A stretch of DNA of 64,000 bases, taken from Trichosphaerium sp. ATCC 40318 (Eukaryota > Protista > Tubulinea). The stretch's first letter is position 1; each line of letters starts with the position of its first letter. A program made the translations under genes and the position numbers. Of this stretch, positions 26,703 to 38,671 are shown piece after piece. The stretch spans positions 62,001-126,000 of the forward strand of contig JALMLS010000288.1 of assembly GCA_038496445.1 (NCBI GenBank), given 5' to 3'. Under the pieces are notes generated by a model, which saw only the letters and a list, made by a program, of their open reading frames with translations, had not been told where the DNA came from and searched no databases.

Positions 26703-28083
26703 TGCTTTGTAGTTAAGGGTAATTTACTGATTTCCCTTAAGTGCAAAGCAGTTAGTGCGGTTATACCTTTGCCTGTAATTTGTTTATAGTTGGTCAAGGT
26801 TAGGTAGTAAACATCTTTCAATTCAGCTATCCAATTACAGACATTGTGTACTTTAAATACGGATGAGGTATTTTAACTATACTCTGTGGAGTTTTTTTGG
26901 TTGCTCCTAGGACTTGTACTACGTCGTTTATATCAGTTCTAACATTGCATATAAACGTATTTATGTCGATATCAACATGCGCTCTCATTGAGACATAGCT
27001 CAGAAGAAGATAGCACGTATAGTTCTATTTAATTTGTTCAAAAAAAAAGTTGTGGTTTTTGTCTTTTCACGTGTGCCTGTTACACCCTTTAGATAGAGCT
27101 TTTGTTAAAGTCAATGATATGGTCAAAATATCAGTCATATTTTGGTTTTTATAGGCCAACAGTCAACGCATGAATGATAGATTTTGTACAATTCCGTTTT
27201 TTCACATTTTCAAGTTGCAATTGCTGTTTCTTGTAAGTTTATAACTGACCTTATACTGTAATGCGAAGACATAAGCATCTAACTTGACCGTAGGCATTAG
27301 CGTTGATATAGAAGACATGCCTTTGTTTCTACAACTTTTGGAAGTACTTTTTCTAAATCAAATTCTTTCTCAATACAACGCCTTATATATTCTGATAGTT
27401 GAACCACTGTCTTTTTTTTATCTGAAAACTGACAAAAAAAATCACGTGACGATGGACAGAGATAAAAAGAAAATTGCTATTAATAGTATTACTGATAAGC
27501 CTAATGAACTCCCACAACATGTTAAGAAAACATTCCAAGCTAGGTACTGACGCTACATTCACAGTTTCGTAAGCGTGCATAAAATGGTATTTATCTCTGA
27601 TAGCGAAGTTCAGAACAATACCCTCAGTGTAAAAATTGACACTAACAAGCGACTGTACAGTACGGTACATACTGGTAGATTGTCAATTCATACACCAAGG
27701 TTGTATTGCGTGATGTGTAGTTATTTTAATATCTAAAGACTTCAAACAGCTTTATATACGCGCCACAAGTTGCTGTACGCTATTACGAGTACTTGCCATG
27801 CAAAATAAAAACAAATTCACAAAGAACTTCCTTACAGTATTTCGAAGGGTCTTGATATTGCCGTGTTACAGTAACCGCTATCCCAAATAGTTAAAAAAGC
27901 AACGAGGACCAGAGTTTGACTTTGGAATTACTGTAGATTATCAAAGTCTCTTCTAACGCGCTAGTGGTCTGTATTTAATTGCAGATACTACAATAACAGC
28001 ATCCTCCCTCAATTCAGGTACTTTGATAAAGCTCAAGGCAAAAATCACTAGGATAGTCTTTATACTAGATCTATAATTTTATT

Positions 28084-29794
28084 ATGCAGCGTTGCGTACC
28101 TCTTTCGTTAGTAAGCACGTTTTGGCGCTTATTGTGACCTTATTTCTGTTTAAAGAAATTCCTGTGGCACCATAAGCACCACAAGTCATCCAAGCATTCG
28201 GTAGTAGCAAAATAACTAAATACAATAATTTCGGCTTTTTTTTTATTTCCAGTACTAATCAATTTAAACAAGGCTACAAACCCCCTCCGCGAAGTAATGG
28301 AAGGTGACGAGGACGATGACGTTTTATTGCCCCGCGAAAGCAATTCTCCAAAACCATTGCGCTTATATCCTTTCCAACGCTTTTTTATAGCGATACTTGT
28401 TGTTTGACAACCAAACGATGATCATTTGATCACTTTTTTCTTAACTCGCTCACTGCAGAAGACGATTCTACAAAATCAGACAAGAAACGTAAGGTAGACT
28501 CGCCTACTTTAATAAGAAAGGCACAGAACAAACAACAACATAATAATAACAAGAAGAGTCGCTTAAATCACCTCAAGTACGTCTTATTTATTGAGTAGAA
28601 CACCCTACCAAGTGTACAACACATAGTGACCGTTATCTGTAACTTTTTTTTTTTTTAATACTCTTGGCTTAAAATGGCTTTATTAGCATTATTACGTTTA
28701 ATGACGTTATTTTAACGTTGATTTAGAGGTGCCAAGTACGAGAAATTTAAGTCTCAATCGACAGCGACAATGTTCGTTGATAACACAATAAACAAGCCAG
28801 ATATACAACAAGTACGTAGTTTAATAAGCTTGCTACTATCACACATGAAAAAAAAAAGTGTAAAATGTAAGCACTAGGTCATCGAATGTATGGCTACAGC
28901 TCTTGATATTGCTGTACGTGCTGGCGCAAAAGATGGAGAAAAAGCCACTTGCCCTGAGGCACGTCTACTACTGCGATTTTTAGCCTTTTTATTTTTTCTG
29001 TTTTGATAGTAGTGATATCTACGACCCTGCTGCTTTTTGCTAGTGACGAGCCAGTCAAGTATTCACCCTTTTTTTTTTGTAGATTTTTAGCGAGAGAGTT
29101 CATCCTTTAGATGCTGGTGTGGATTTAAATAATCCTCCAATGAAGTTATACATTGAGATATTTTTGGGCGTCGTGTTCAAGGTAAGTTTTGTTGTGGAGC
29201 TTATGTAAACTACACGTGTTTTTTTTTTCCTTTTTGGAAAAACCCAAAATTATGTCGTTTACTCTAAGTGTAGGCGGCTCAACTTAGTGGTGAATGTGGT
29301 GTCATGTGTATGGCATATATTGACAGATTATTAAAAGTCCAAGATCTAGCATTACGCCCATCCAATTGGCGTAGAAGTACGTCATCTACCCGAAATATAT
29401 TTACCCCTATACTTGTATCTACATTTTTTTTTCTGACGTTTTTTTTCTCCAAGTCGTCTTGGGCGCCTTAATGATGGCATCTAAGGTTTGGGAGGATCAA
29501 GCAGTATGGAACGTTGATTTTATTACTGATGAGACGTTTCCAAACCTTGATGTAAACGACCTTAACGCCCTAGAGAGAGAATACCTCAACTTTATCCAAT
29601 ACGACGTTAATTTAAAGGCTGGAGAGTACGCAAAGTACTACTTTGAGCTAAAAGCGCTATTACCGCCTCATCATAACACTCTTTTGCTTCAACCGTTGAG
29701 TAAGGAGGAAACTGATAAGCTAGAGAAGCGATCACACTCAGTTACTGATGCCGAGGTTCGTGCTAAAACGAAAAATCTGCGTGAGACGCTTTAA
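28084..29794 (+). CDS. CCNY: Cyclin Y-like protein, multi-exon (5' exons tentative)
   Basis: SQSTATMFVDNTINKPD, FSERVHPL, AQLSGECGVMCMAYIDRLL, PSNWRR, LMMASKVWEDQAVWNVDF, LNALEREYL..IQYDVNL...YAKYYFELK. Confidence 0.85.
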
Positions 29795-30400
29795 GTAGTG
29801 ATTATACTCTCCAAGTAAAACTATAATGCACTCTTGATGCCCAGTTATATATTTGGTGGGATGATCGGTCTCGTGTTTTTATTGGCTCTTTTTTGTCACC
29901 CTTGCAAGTGTGCCTCTGGATGGTCAAGGAAGTTCAAAAAAAAAAATCAAAAAAAAAACAAAAACATTTTCTGGAATGGTTGTTTATTCTTTTTTTTTTT
30001 CTACATGTCTTTGTGCTTGTAGAACAAAAAATAAACAAAATTGGATTTGCTTTATTTTTATGGTTGTGATAGTGATAGGACTGTGCCATAGTCCAACCTT
30101 TTTTGGAGACATTTTTGAATTTGGATTTCTATCAATGAGCAATTCGTTTTGATGCAGCGCTGATAAAAAGACAGTAGTGTGTAGACAAGCTGAATGATGG
30201 GGTAGGTGTAACACATGTCACAAATACTTGGAAGTGTTTGGCTATTAATAGATAATTGTGGAGGCTATTCAGTCTGGTATTTTTCATTTTCTCTTGTTGA
30301 TCAAAAAGTCGCTTTAAGCATACTGTCATTTTTACTGCTTCATTTCGTAATGAACCAAACTACAAAGCATCTATCTGTTAAATGGCACTTTTGTAAAGGG

Positions 30401-30650
30401 GCCATAGTTTTTTCCGAATCCGAAAACAAAAATTCGAAAAAATAGAATTCGTAGAAAGATGCATAGCTAGGGCAGTCCACTAAACTACAAAGCGCCTGGT
30501 TCACTTACGGTCGGATCCTCGCTGTGCTCGGAACTAGAACCCGACCTTCGCTCACATATAGTGATCCATTGGTGGGTATAGGCATTCGGTTTTTGCATCG
30601 AATTCTATTTTTTCAAATTTTGTCTTTCGAAAAATTCGGAAAAAACGTGG
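30401..30650. mobile_element. MITE-like element, copy 1 (~50-bp imperfect TIRs)
   Basis: Left ccatagttttttccgaat...cgaaaaaatagaattcg is the near reverse complement of right cgaattctattttttc...attcggaaaaaacgtgg; near-identical copy at 52242-52467; no ORF. Confidence 0.75.
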
Positions 30651-30733
30651 GTCCGTTTGCAAATAGTCAAATAAAGTAATTTTATCACGTGATCTTTACC
30701 AATAACGTAATTCGTCATCTTGCCTCTTCAACC

Positions 30734-31940
30734 ATGTTAAAAAAAAACTTCTACATCAAATATCAAAGGTAGGCGCAAACTATTCTATAACCTATTCTAA
30801 CCTCACAACAGAACACAGAAAAACTTATTAGACCTCCCTACAGAGATGTTAGCTCATATTTTGCATCAAACAACAATAGCACGATTTGCAGCTTCTGAAA
30901 CATGTCATCGCCTTTGTTCTATCATTCGTGACATTATTGGATACTATGAGGTTTTTATTACAGGTATATCGCAAGCTAGAACAGTTTTGAAATATCCAAG
31001 TACTCTACAAAATACCAAAATCCATGGTAAACGCATTTGTAATGGTATTGCTAAATTATTTGCTGGTGTTCGTGAGATTAATCTTGCTGGTTGTGAAGTA
31101 ACAGATGAAGGGGTAAAAGCACTTTCTGGTGTTCATAAAATATATCTTTCTTTCACTTCAGTGACAGATGAAGGGTTGAAGGCGCTTTCTGGTGTTCATA
31201 CAATTGATCTCAAGTGTTGTAGTAGTGTTACAGACAAAGGGCTAAAAGCACTTTCTGGTGTTCATACAATTTATCTCAGTGGTTGTAGAAATATAACAGA
31301 TGAAGGGTTGAAGGCGCTTTCTGGTGTTCACACAATTGATCTCAAGTGTTGTGGTAGAAGTGTTACAGACAAAGGGCTAAGAGCACTTTCTGGTGTTCAT
31401 AAAATAAATCTTTCTCACACTTATGTGACAGATGAAGGTATGAAGGCGCTTTCTGGTGTTCACACTATACATCTTTGTGGCACTTCAGTAACAGATGAAG
31501 GGTTAAACGATCTATCTGGTGTTCATACCATATATCTTTCTTATGCTTCAGTAACAGATGAAGGGTTGAAGGCGCTTTCTGATGTTCATACAATTGATCT
31601 CAAGTGTTGTAGAAGGGTTACAAATGAAGGGCTAAGAGCACTTTCTGGTGTTCATAAAATAAATCTTTCTCACACTTATGTGACAGATGAAGGTATGAAG
31701 GCGCTTTCTGGTGTTCATACTATACATCTTTGTGGCACTTCAGTAACAGGCGAAGGGTTAAAATATCTCTCTGGCGTTCATACCATTGATCTTTCTAACA
31801 CTTTGGTAACAGATGAAGGGTTAAAGGTGCTTTCTGGTGTTCATGAAATTGCACTCATTGATTGTAACAAATTAACACTTGAAGGGATAAAAGCAGCTCT
31901 TTCTCATGTTAAGCATGTCATAACTAATTTACAACATTGA
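30734..31940 (+). CDS. F-box/LRR protein with 5' mini-exon and 13 LRRs
   Basis: Exon 30734-30768 (MLKKNFYIKYQ), intron 30769-30811 (GTAGGC...CTAAC...CAG), then RTQKNLLDLPTEMLAHIL (F-box) and LSGVHxIxLxxxxVTDEGLKA repeats. Confidence 0.88.
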
Positions 31941-32275
31941 CATAGCATATCTACTGTTTACCAAGATACAAATATAAACTACTCAAGTGAAAATCTGTCA
32001 AACCTCCAACTGTACCTGCAAATCTGTTCTTTCTTGTTTTTCTCTGCAAACTTGCATGGACAATAACAACTTTTTTCAAAATCACGTGCTACAAAATGTA
32101 TCTAGGCATCATAATACAAAAGAACTTATGGCTGGACTATGTAATAAATATATTTTGAAAGGGTCATCAGGTAGAATTGAAGGCTTTCAATTACAAGTCA
32201 ATCAAACTCCTTCCGAAAATTCAGTTAAATTTCAAATTACAAGGTGGCTATTTATTCGTGCAGGCCAAAGCACAA

Positions 32276-33232
32276 ATGGCAAAAAACGGAACCAAGATTA
32301 CGGTCAATGTATTATTTGAAGGTGAAAGTCACGTAGTATTGGCTTCTGTCGGCGACACAATGGAAGCACTCGGTAAAACAATAGAAACAACTCTGGAATC
32401 GAAAATAGAGCATTACCAAGTAGTTATAGCATCGTACGACTTATTAGACCGTTTATTATTACAACACTGATTGTAGCGAAGGGTGAGGCGATATAATGAT
32501 TCCGCCGAAGGAATAGACACTAGACTATCACTGAGGGATAAAAATAAGATATTCTTGGCGACCTGCAGCTTCAAAACGTTCTACCAAAGTACTTCAAACT
32601 TTTTCTCAAAAAAAAAAACGTTCTTAGATCCTTCCTGACTTTCCAATGTTTTTAGATTTATTGAACATGTTCATGGGTATTACTGATATGTCAGTGAAGC
32701 TAGAACATAACTTCCCAATCGCTGTATTTGGTACACTTCGTCAGAATTGTTGCAACAACTATCTGATGGGTACACCATCTTATCAACAACAAAAAGACGA
32801 ATCAAACGTGCGCACGTGGCCAGAAGATATTAAATACAATTATCAAATGAGACGACGTGGTTTTTTGACAAACTTCCAAAAGGTTCAACTCACAGTATAT
32901 TATGTACAACGCAAACAAGTTCCATGTGATATTTTTTTTTATGATAAAGAAAACTTCACTTTGGCGATTCCCGAAATCGATGAACTTGAGAGCTTCCAAG
33001 GACGTGATATGAAAGCTTTAAAGCAAAGAATAGATAGTGGCAATGATGATTATTATTGGCGTACTCTTGTATATGTTCATCTTGCGCCAGAGGGAGTTTC
33101 AGAAGAAGAAGTTTCGATGAAACGATTGGACAACTTCGAAAAATACCTTGCTGGATTTACACTGATTTGAAACAAAACAGTCAATGTATTAAAGGTAAAA
33201 CTGGTGAAATAATATGGTTTCCTGGCATGTAA
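32276..33232 (+). CDS. Ubiquitin-like N-terminal region fused to gamma-glutamylcyclotransferase (GGCT/AIG2)-like domain; frameshift near 33140
   Basis: ITVNVLFEGESHVVLASVGDTMEALGKTIE (UBL-like); PIAVFGTLRQNCCNNYLM and IDELE...YYWRTLV (GGCT-like). One extra A in the A5 run restores IPCWIY...WFPGM*. Confidence 0.55.
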
Positions 33233-33564
33233 GCGTTTCAAACTATGTTAGAACTTAATAAATGGCGGCCAATAAAAGCCAACTTGTTATCATATGTTAC
33301 CCATCAAAGCTCACTGTGTTTTTTAATCACTTTTTTTGAAGGTTCAGGACTATCAATGTTATGTGTCGTACCACAGCTGTCAAACATACTTCCATACAGG
33401 ATCGACCCCTGTGTAAGGATGACTGTTCATTAGTCAGGTTCTCTTTTTAGGTAATTGGAGTCCAGTGGTGTAAAGTAGACTAATAACATCATTACAATAC
33501 AAAAAGTATGGTTAATGACAATTTATTACGAAACATGTATTAAGGGTCATGATGCTGTAAGTAC

Positions 33565-34605
33565 TTAGCACAGATGTACGTTCAGACATTTAGCTTCCAG
33601 AGCTTCTATACATTTTTTTGTAACTAAGGATCTAGTTAGATAAACTGTATGAATGCCATCAAGTACATCAACCAATGTCTTATTAGAGATACTTTTACAA
33701 CATTCAAGGTTAATAGTATGAACTCCTTTTAGTGCTTTTAGGGTGTAACCTTTAACTTTGTTACAGCCAAAAAGGTTAATATTGTGAACTCCGCCAAGTG
33801 CTTCAATACCTTCATCAGTCACTTGAGTGTATCCTAGGTTGATTTTATGAACGCCTTTTAAAGCCTTAACACTTTCATCTGTGACTCGTATACAACCAAA
33901 AAGGTTAATACTGTGAACTCCAGACAATGCCTTAATGCCTTCATCAGTCAACTGGTTACAACCATAAAGGCAAATGGAGTATACGCCTTTAAGTGCTTTG
34001 ATGCCTTCATCTCTAATTTGATTGCAGTTTTCAAGGTTTATAGTATGGACGCCTTGAAGCGCCTTTATACCTTCATCTGTCACGTGGTTACAATTACCCA
34101 AATCAATTGTTTTAACACCTGCAATTTCTTTCAAATCATCATCACTTATTGTACCCAAAAACGGTTTTTTAATGTTACTGCATCCAGCAAGTAAAGAGAA
34201 TAATGTATATTTTGGGTTCATAGCGCATAATACTATAACACTATTATTCATTATGCCGTTGTACTGTCTTATCTTTAAGATATCTGGATATCGCCTGAGA
34301 TATACTTTTTTATATCCAACAACTTGATGAATGATATCAGCCATCAAATGACATGACTGAGCAACTGAGAATCTATCCTTTGACTCGGTATGACGTAGAA
34401 TATTTGAGATAACTTCAGGAGGGAAATCCGTTACATTTTGTTCGTTTGCTGCTGTCAATTGGTGTCTTTTTGTAAAAAGTTAGTCGAAACGCAATGTCAC
34501 TGGTACGTACTCTCTTGTTTGTTGTTGTTTGGGTAATTTAAAGTCTAATTGAGGTAGGGTGTGTTGATTAATTGTATTTGACGTTGTTTTAGCGTGCGCT
34601 AGCAT
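33565..34605 (-). CDS. F-box/LRR protein with upstream exon (start uncertain)
   Basis: Intron 34466-34510 (GTACGT...CTAAC...AAG) joins ...LPKQQQTRE in frame to HQLTAANEQNVTDFPPEVISNIL (F-box), then ALxGVHxINLxxCxxVTDEGIK repeats. Confidence 0.85.
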
Positions 34606-35065
34606 AAACTTGTTTATTTGTTGTTTAAGACTCTTGTTGGAATTATTTATGATAGTCTCGAGTTGTGCTTTGAACTTTTGGTCTTGTTTTGCTACAAAAA
34701 CCGCATCCGTGTTACCCTTCCTGTTGTAGAGAACTTTTTGTAATGTAGTTGAGTACAAATGTTCGCTTAGGAACAAAATATTAAGGCATATGCCGTAGTA
34801 CTAGGAAATTCCTGATGATAATTTTCATTCGATGAAAAAGTTTATAAAAGCCAAAGTCATTTTAATGGTGTTTACTATACTATTTTAACATTGTTTCACG
34901 AAGAAACAGTTTCAACGCAAAAGTGTTTTGGGCAACGCAAATACATTTCACTATATCTGAAAGGGTGTACCACAAAACTGGATACCCAATTTTATATCGG
35001 CATGACGCGCAACTGAGACATTTCTATGCGTAGATAAGGAGTTACATCGTTTATTGTCAATTGAT

Positions 35066-35307
35066 TGTAAAAAGTTAGTCGAAACGCAATTCATTCACGT
35101 ACTCTCTATTTTGTTGTTTGGTAAAAGTCTAATTGAGGTGGTGTGGTTGATTAATTGTATTTGACGTTTTTTAGCGTGCGCTAGAATAAACTTGTTTATT
35201 TGTTTTCGACTCTTGTTGGAATTATTTATGATAGTCTAAGTTGTGCTTTGAACTTTTGGTCTTGTTTTGCTACAAAAACCGCATCCGTGTTACCCTTCCT
35301 GTTGTAG
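35066..35307. repeat. Degenerate direct duplicate of 34472-34728 (upstream exon and intron of the neighbouring F-box/LRR gene)
   Basis: Shared runs gttagtcgaaacgcaat and agttgtgctttgaacttttggtcttgttttgctacaaaaaccgcatccgtgttacccttcctgttgtag, with small deletions in this copy. Confidence 0.85.
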
Positions 35308-35619
35308 TATTTGAGTACTTGCTGTAATGATATGCCAGGGAAATCCATGAGTGAATACTGTATCTGAGAAGAAACAACAGCCGTGTCGACTTAGGAACAA
35401 AAAGTAATTAAGGCACTTATTCTTTTGATAAGAGTGATCATGACAGCGTTTACTCCCTATCTACGAAATATGGTTACTGTAGAACCTTATAAAATGCGCT
35501 CAACCGTCAGCCTGAAGGCCTTGGGCTAATATATGGGGTATAAATACAAGTGATTGCACGTGATGAGTGAACATTAAGTCAACATAAGTGTAAAGTGTAT
35601 GTTTATTGAGGTGAGATGG

Positions 35620-38600
35620 TTAAAATTCTATTTTTGAACCACGGTCGAGATCATAGAGATTCCAATGATCTGCACCGTTTCTTGGAGTTATTGGACCACA
35701 GCCATTACAGCAAGAGTGTTTGGTTGCGCAATAGCAGTTAAACCATTCAGTTCCGCCTGTCCAGACAACATCTGAACAGTCTGGATCACGTGCAGCTGAA
35801 AAGGCGCAATCACCTGGAAAATGACGACCTGCCCAACGTTCATATCTACCACGCATAAAGAGCTGCTTGGTACAAATGCTCTTGTCGCCGCATGTTGCTG
35901 AATGAAATGAACATCTCTTCGTTTTTCTTTGGTTGATGAGTTTCGGAGGATTAAAAGGAGGCGTTGTCACTGGCCTAATAGAACAATCTCTGCAGTCATT
36001 TGTTAATGGCCATTGAGGAATACGTGTCACGTTTTTGTTCAAGTTCATGGCGTTGCATGAAATACATTGTTTGCCATGACGCCAAGGAATATCTTGATGA
36101 GGTTTTTCGGCTTCAAAACCAGGAAAGTTTCGTGTGTTTGCTTTGATGTAACAAGTCGATCCATAAGCTGGATCTCCTGGTAGAACAATTTCGTATCTGC
36201 CAAGTGTTTCAGTTGGGTTTCTGCTTCTAACTGTATAGCACATGTCAACTTCAGTGAGGGGCTCTTTGAAATCTCTCCTGTTAATAACTGATTTGCACCA
36301 GTCCGGAATAATGTCAGCTTCGTTTGTGAACTTATTGCTGACTTCTCGTTTCATTACCACAAATCCACTACAAACACTCGCTGTACAGTTACGCTCACAA
36401 TAGCCTAGGTTATTATACACAGATCCACATCCTAAATAGTGTCAGCACTGATGTATATGTTCAGACGATAAGACAAAAGTGACCAATTTATACATGTGGT
36501 TTAGAATGACAGCAGGTAAAAACGTACCTAAAATTGCACGTGGATTTGGGAAGTAGCAATGATCGATTCTACTAAAGGTAGGTGTAAGTGATACTGGTAA
36601 ACCATTGAAAAAAGGTATTAAAAGAGATACGCACAAAAAGCTGCTCGCGCCAGTTGGCAAACCATAAAGATGTTGTACTGGGTTTCGCACCAAGTGTACA
36701 TCAATACAATCTCTGTATCCGCGCCAAAGCCACTGAATAACATATCCTCCTAGTCCACCTCTACCAGGCATCTTAATTTTAGCCATATCAACATCGAAAG
36801 GTCTGTGGGTAAAATGTGGGAACTTGAAGATAGCTTCGATCCATGGCATTGAAGGGTTGGTGTATTCAACAAAAGCGTCTTGAATCAAGTTGCTCTTATA
36901 CTTAAACAGTTTTGCATCACCACCCCATACTCCGAAAGCTTCTGGTCTTGGAACGAAATTCGGCGAATTTTCAGCAATAGCAGGTTCATAGAAATCGAGA
37001 CGGTAGTCTGGACCATTACGGTTTTGTAGTCTTCTGTGGTATACAGGAACTGTTTTTTTTGCATTGTTTGGAGCTTCTCTGATGTACTTCTCCATCAAGT
37101 CGAACGATACTTCCTTTAATCTAGGCTCATCCTTTTCGTGTACAAAGACATAGTAAGAATCCTGTGTATGCCCTGTTGACCATTCAAGCTCAAACTCTTG
37201 ATTTAAACCAACTTGAACATGAGGAGCTGAGAACAAACGTGGAGGACAAGGTGTATCTGTGCTGGCTACGTTGACCGCTCTACTTCTACTCGTCATCCAG
37301 TTATGAGCCAAAGTTCCAGTAGGCATCAGAACAAGTGCCAGTAGTGATAACAGCAACACCATCGAGAAATTCGTCTTAAAAGCCTTACCAAACACAAAAA
37401 TAGCGAACAACATCATAAGAGTTGAAGCACTTGACTTTGATGCAGGGGAGGTAGCAGCCGCTCTAGCACCAATTTGAGTTTGACCAGGTTTAGCAGGAGG
37501 TAGAGTTCTACGTAGACACTTGCACATTCGACGCCTACAACAAAAATAAGCAAGAAACGTCTAAGAAAAAACCCAGAAATTATGAATGTACCCTTCTCTG
37601 GATCCTGCCTTAGCATCGCATGTCATAATTCTTCCACTGCATCTTGTGTCATCGTAATAGCACATATTTAGTATACTTGTGGTAGCTCCGGTTTGTACGC
37701 AGTTGCTCAGGTAAGGAGGGAAACAAACAAAGTTGCCTTCTTTTTCTACTAAGCTTTTGATTCTATCAGGGCTGTTGACTCTTTCCATATGCACCCTGTC
37801 ACAAGATAGGTTCTCTCGCTCACAACGTTCTGTACATGACTCTCCTCTCTGTTATAAAAAATTAGAAACAGCACATCTTAGTCACGTGGGTGTATTTTAG
37901 CGTACGTTTGACCTGAACCATGTTGTTGTAAGTTTAGTCTGTTTAGATTCTCTGAGCTTCAACGGACCATCAGATCCATTTGGCCACCAAAAAGCGCCTT
38001 CGTTTGCTTCACCTTGTTTGATCAAAGCGTGGAATGTAACAGTGCCAGTGCCCTTAGGAGGCGCACGCCATTTAAATGTTGTTGATACAGGCTTCAATAT
38101 ACCACCATAATGCATTAAACTTTGGCGACATCTGTGATTGTCTGGATATGGAAGCTGAAAAAGCGCTAAAATAACAACTTAGCAAAAAAGATACAAAAAA
38201 AGAGCAAAACCGCAAATGGGATCACTTTGGTTACACGTGCTGGTTATTTCCAAAATACTTACGTGTATTGTCGTCAGGTAGAATCCATTCACCAACTCGA
38301 TCTCCTCTTGGCCCTTGAGCATACATGAGCAGGCCTCGGTACTTGTAACTGTAGCTTGTAATGTCGAGAGATATATCCATAATTGTATTAGGAATATATG
38401 CAGTTAGCTTGTTGTCTTCGCTTCCAGCGTATGTTATATATTTATCTGAGGGCACAACCTTTGATGCCCAATGCATGTACGGTACAGGATCAGCGTTACA
38501 AACAAGTCTATCAATTCTGTTGTTCCTTCCAACCCTTCTCCAATCTTTTGGATCGCAACCCCAACGACTCGCTGAAGCGTCACAGTCGGGTACACTAGAT

Positions 38601-38671
38601 GTCGGTCTTGAGGCGGAGTAAGCAAGGGCTATGAGACTGAAAAAGAGTAAAGTATAGTACACCGTAAACAT
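35620..38671 (-). CDS. Secreted multidomain (poly)protein: signal peptide, Reeler, Cys-rich domain, hydrophobic anchor, internal signal peptide, LPMO-like domain, PAN/Cys-rich tail
   Basis: In-frame GT-AG joins at 38263/38165, ~37906/37848, ~37592/37534 and ~36529/36431. Reeler motifs YRGLLMYA, VGEW, MH...K...FKWRAP..GTGTVTFHA. LPMO-like HNWMTSRSRA...PCP...WSTGH...YVIQWLWRGYRDCIDV. Confidence 0.8.

Noticed and set aside
31050-31900. CRISPR-like array (regular ~65-bp conserved/variable periodicity; also 45700-46750)
   Set aside because: The periodicity is in-frame LRR coding sequence in a eukaryotic context with no cas genes.
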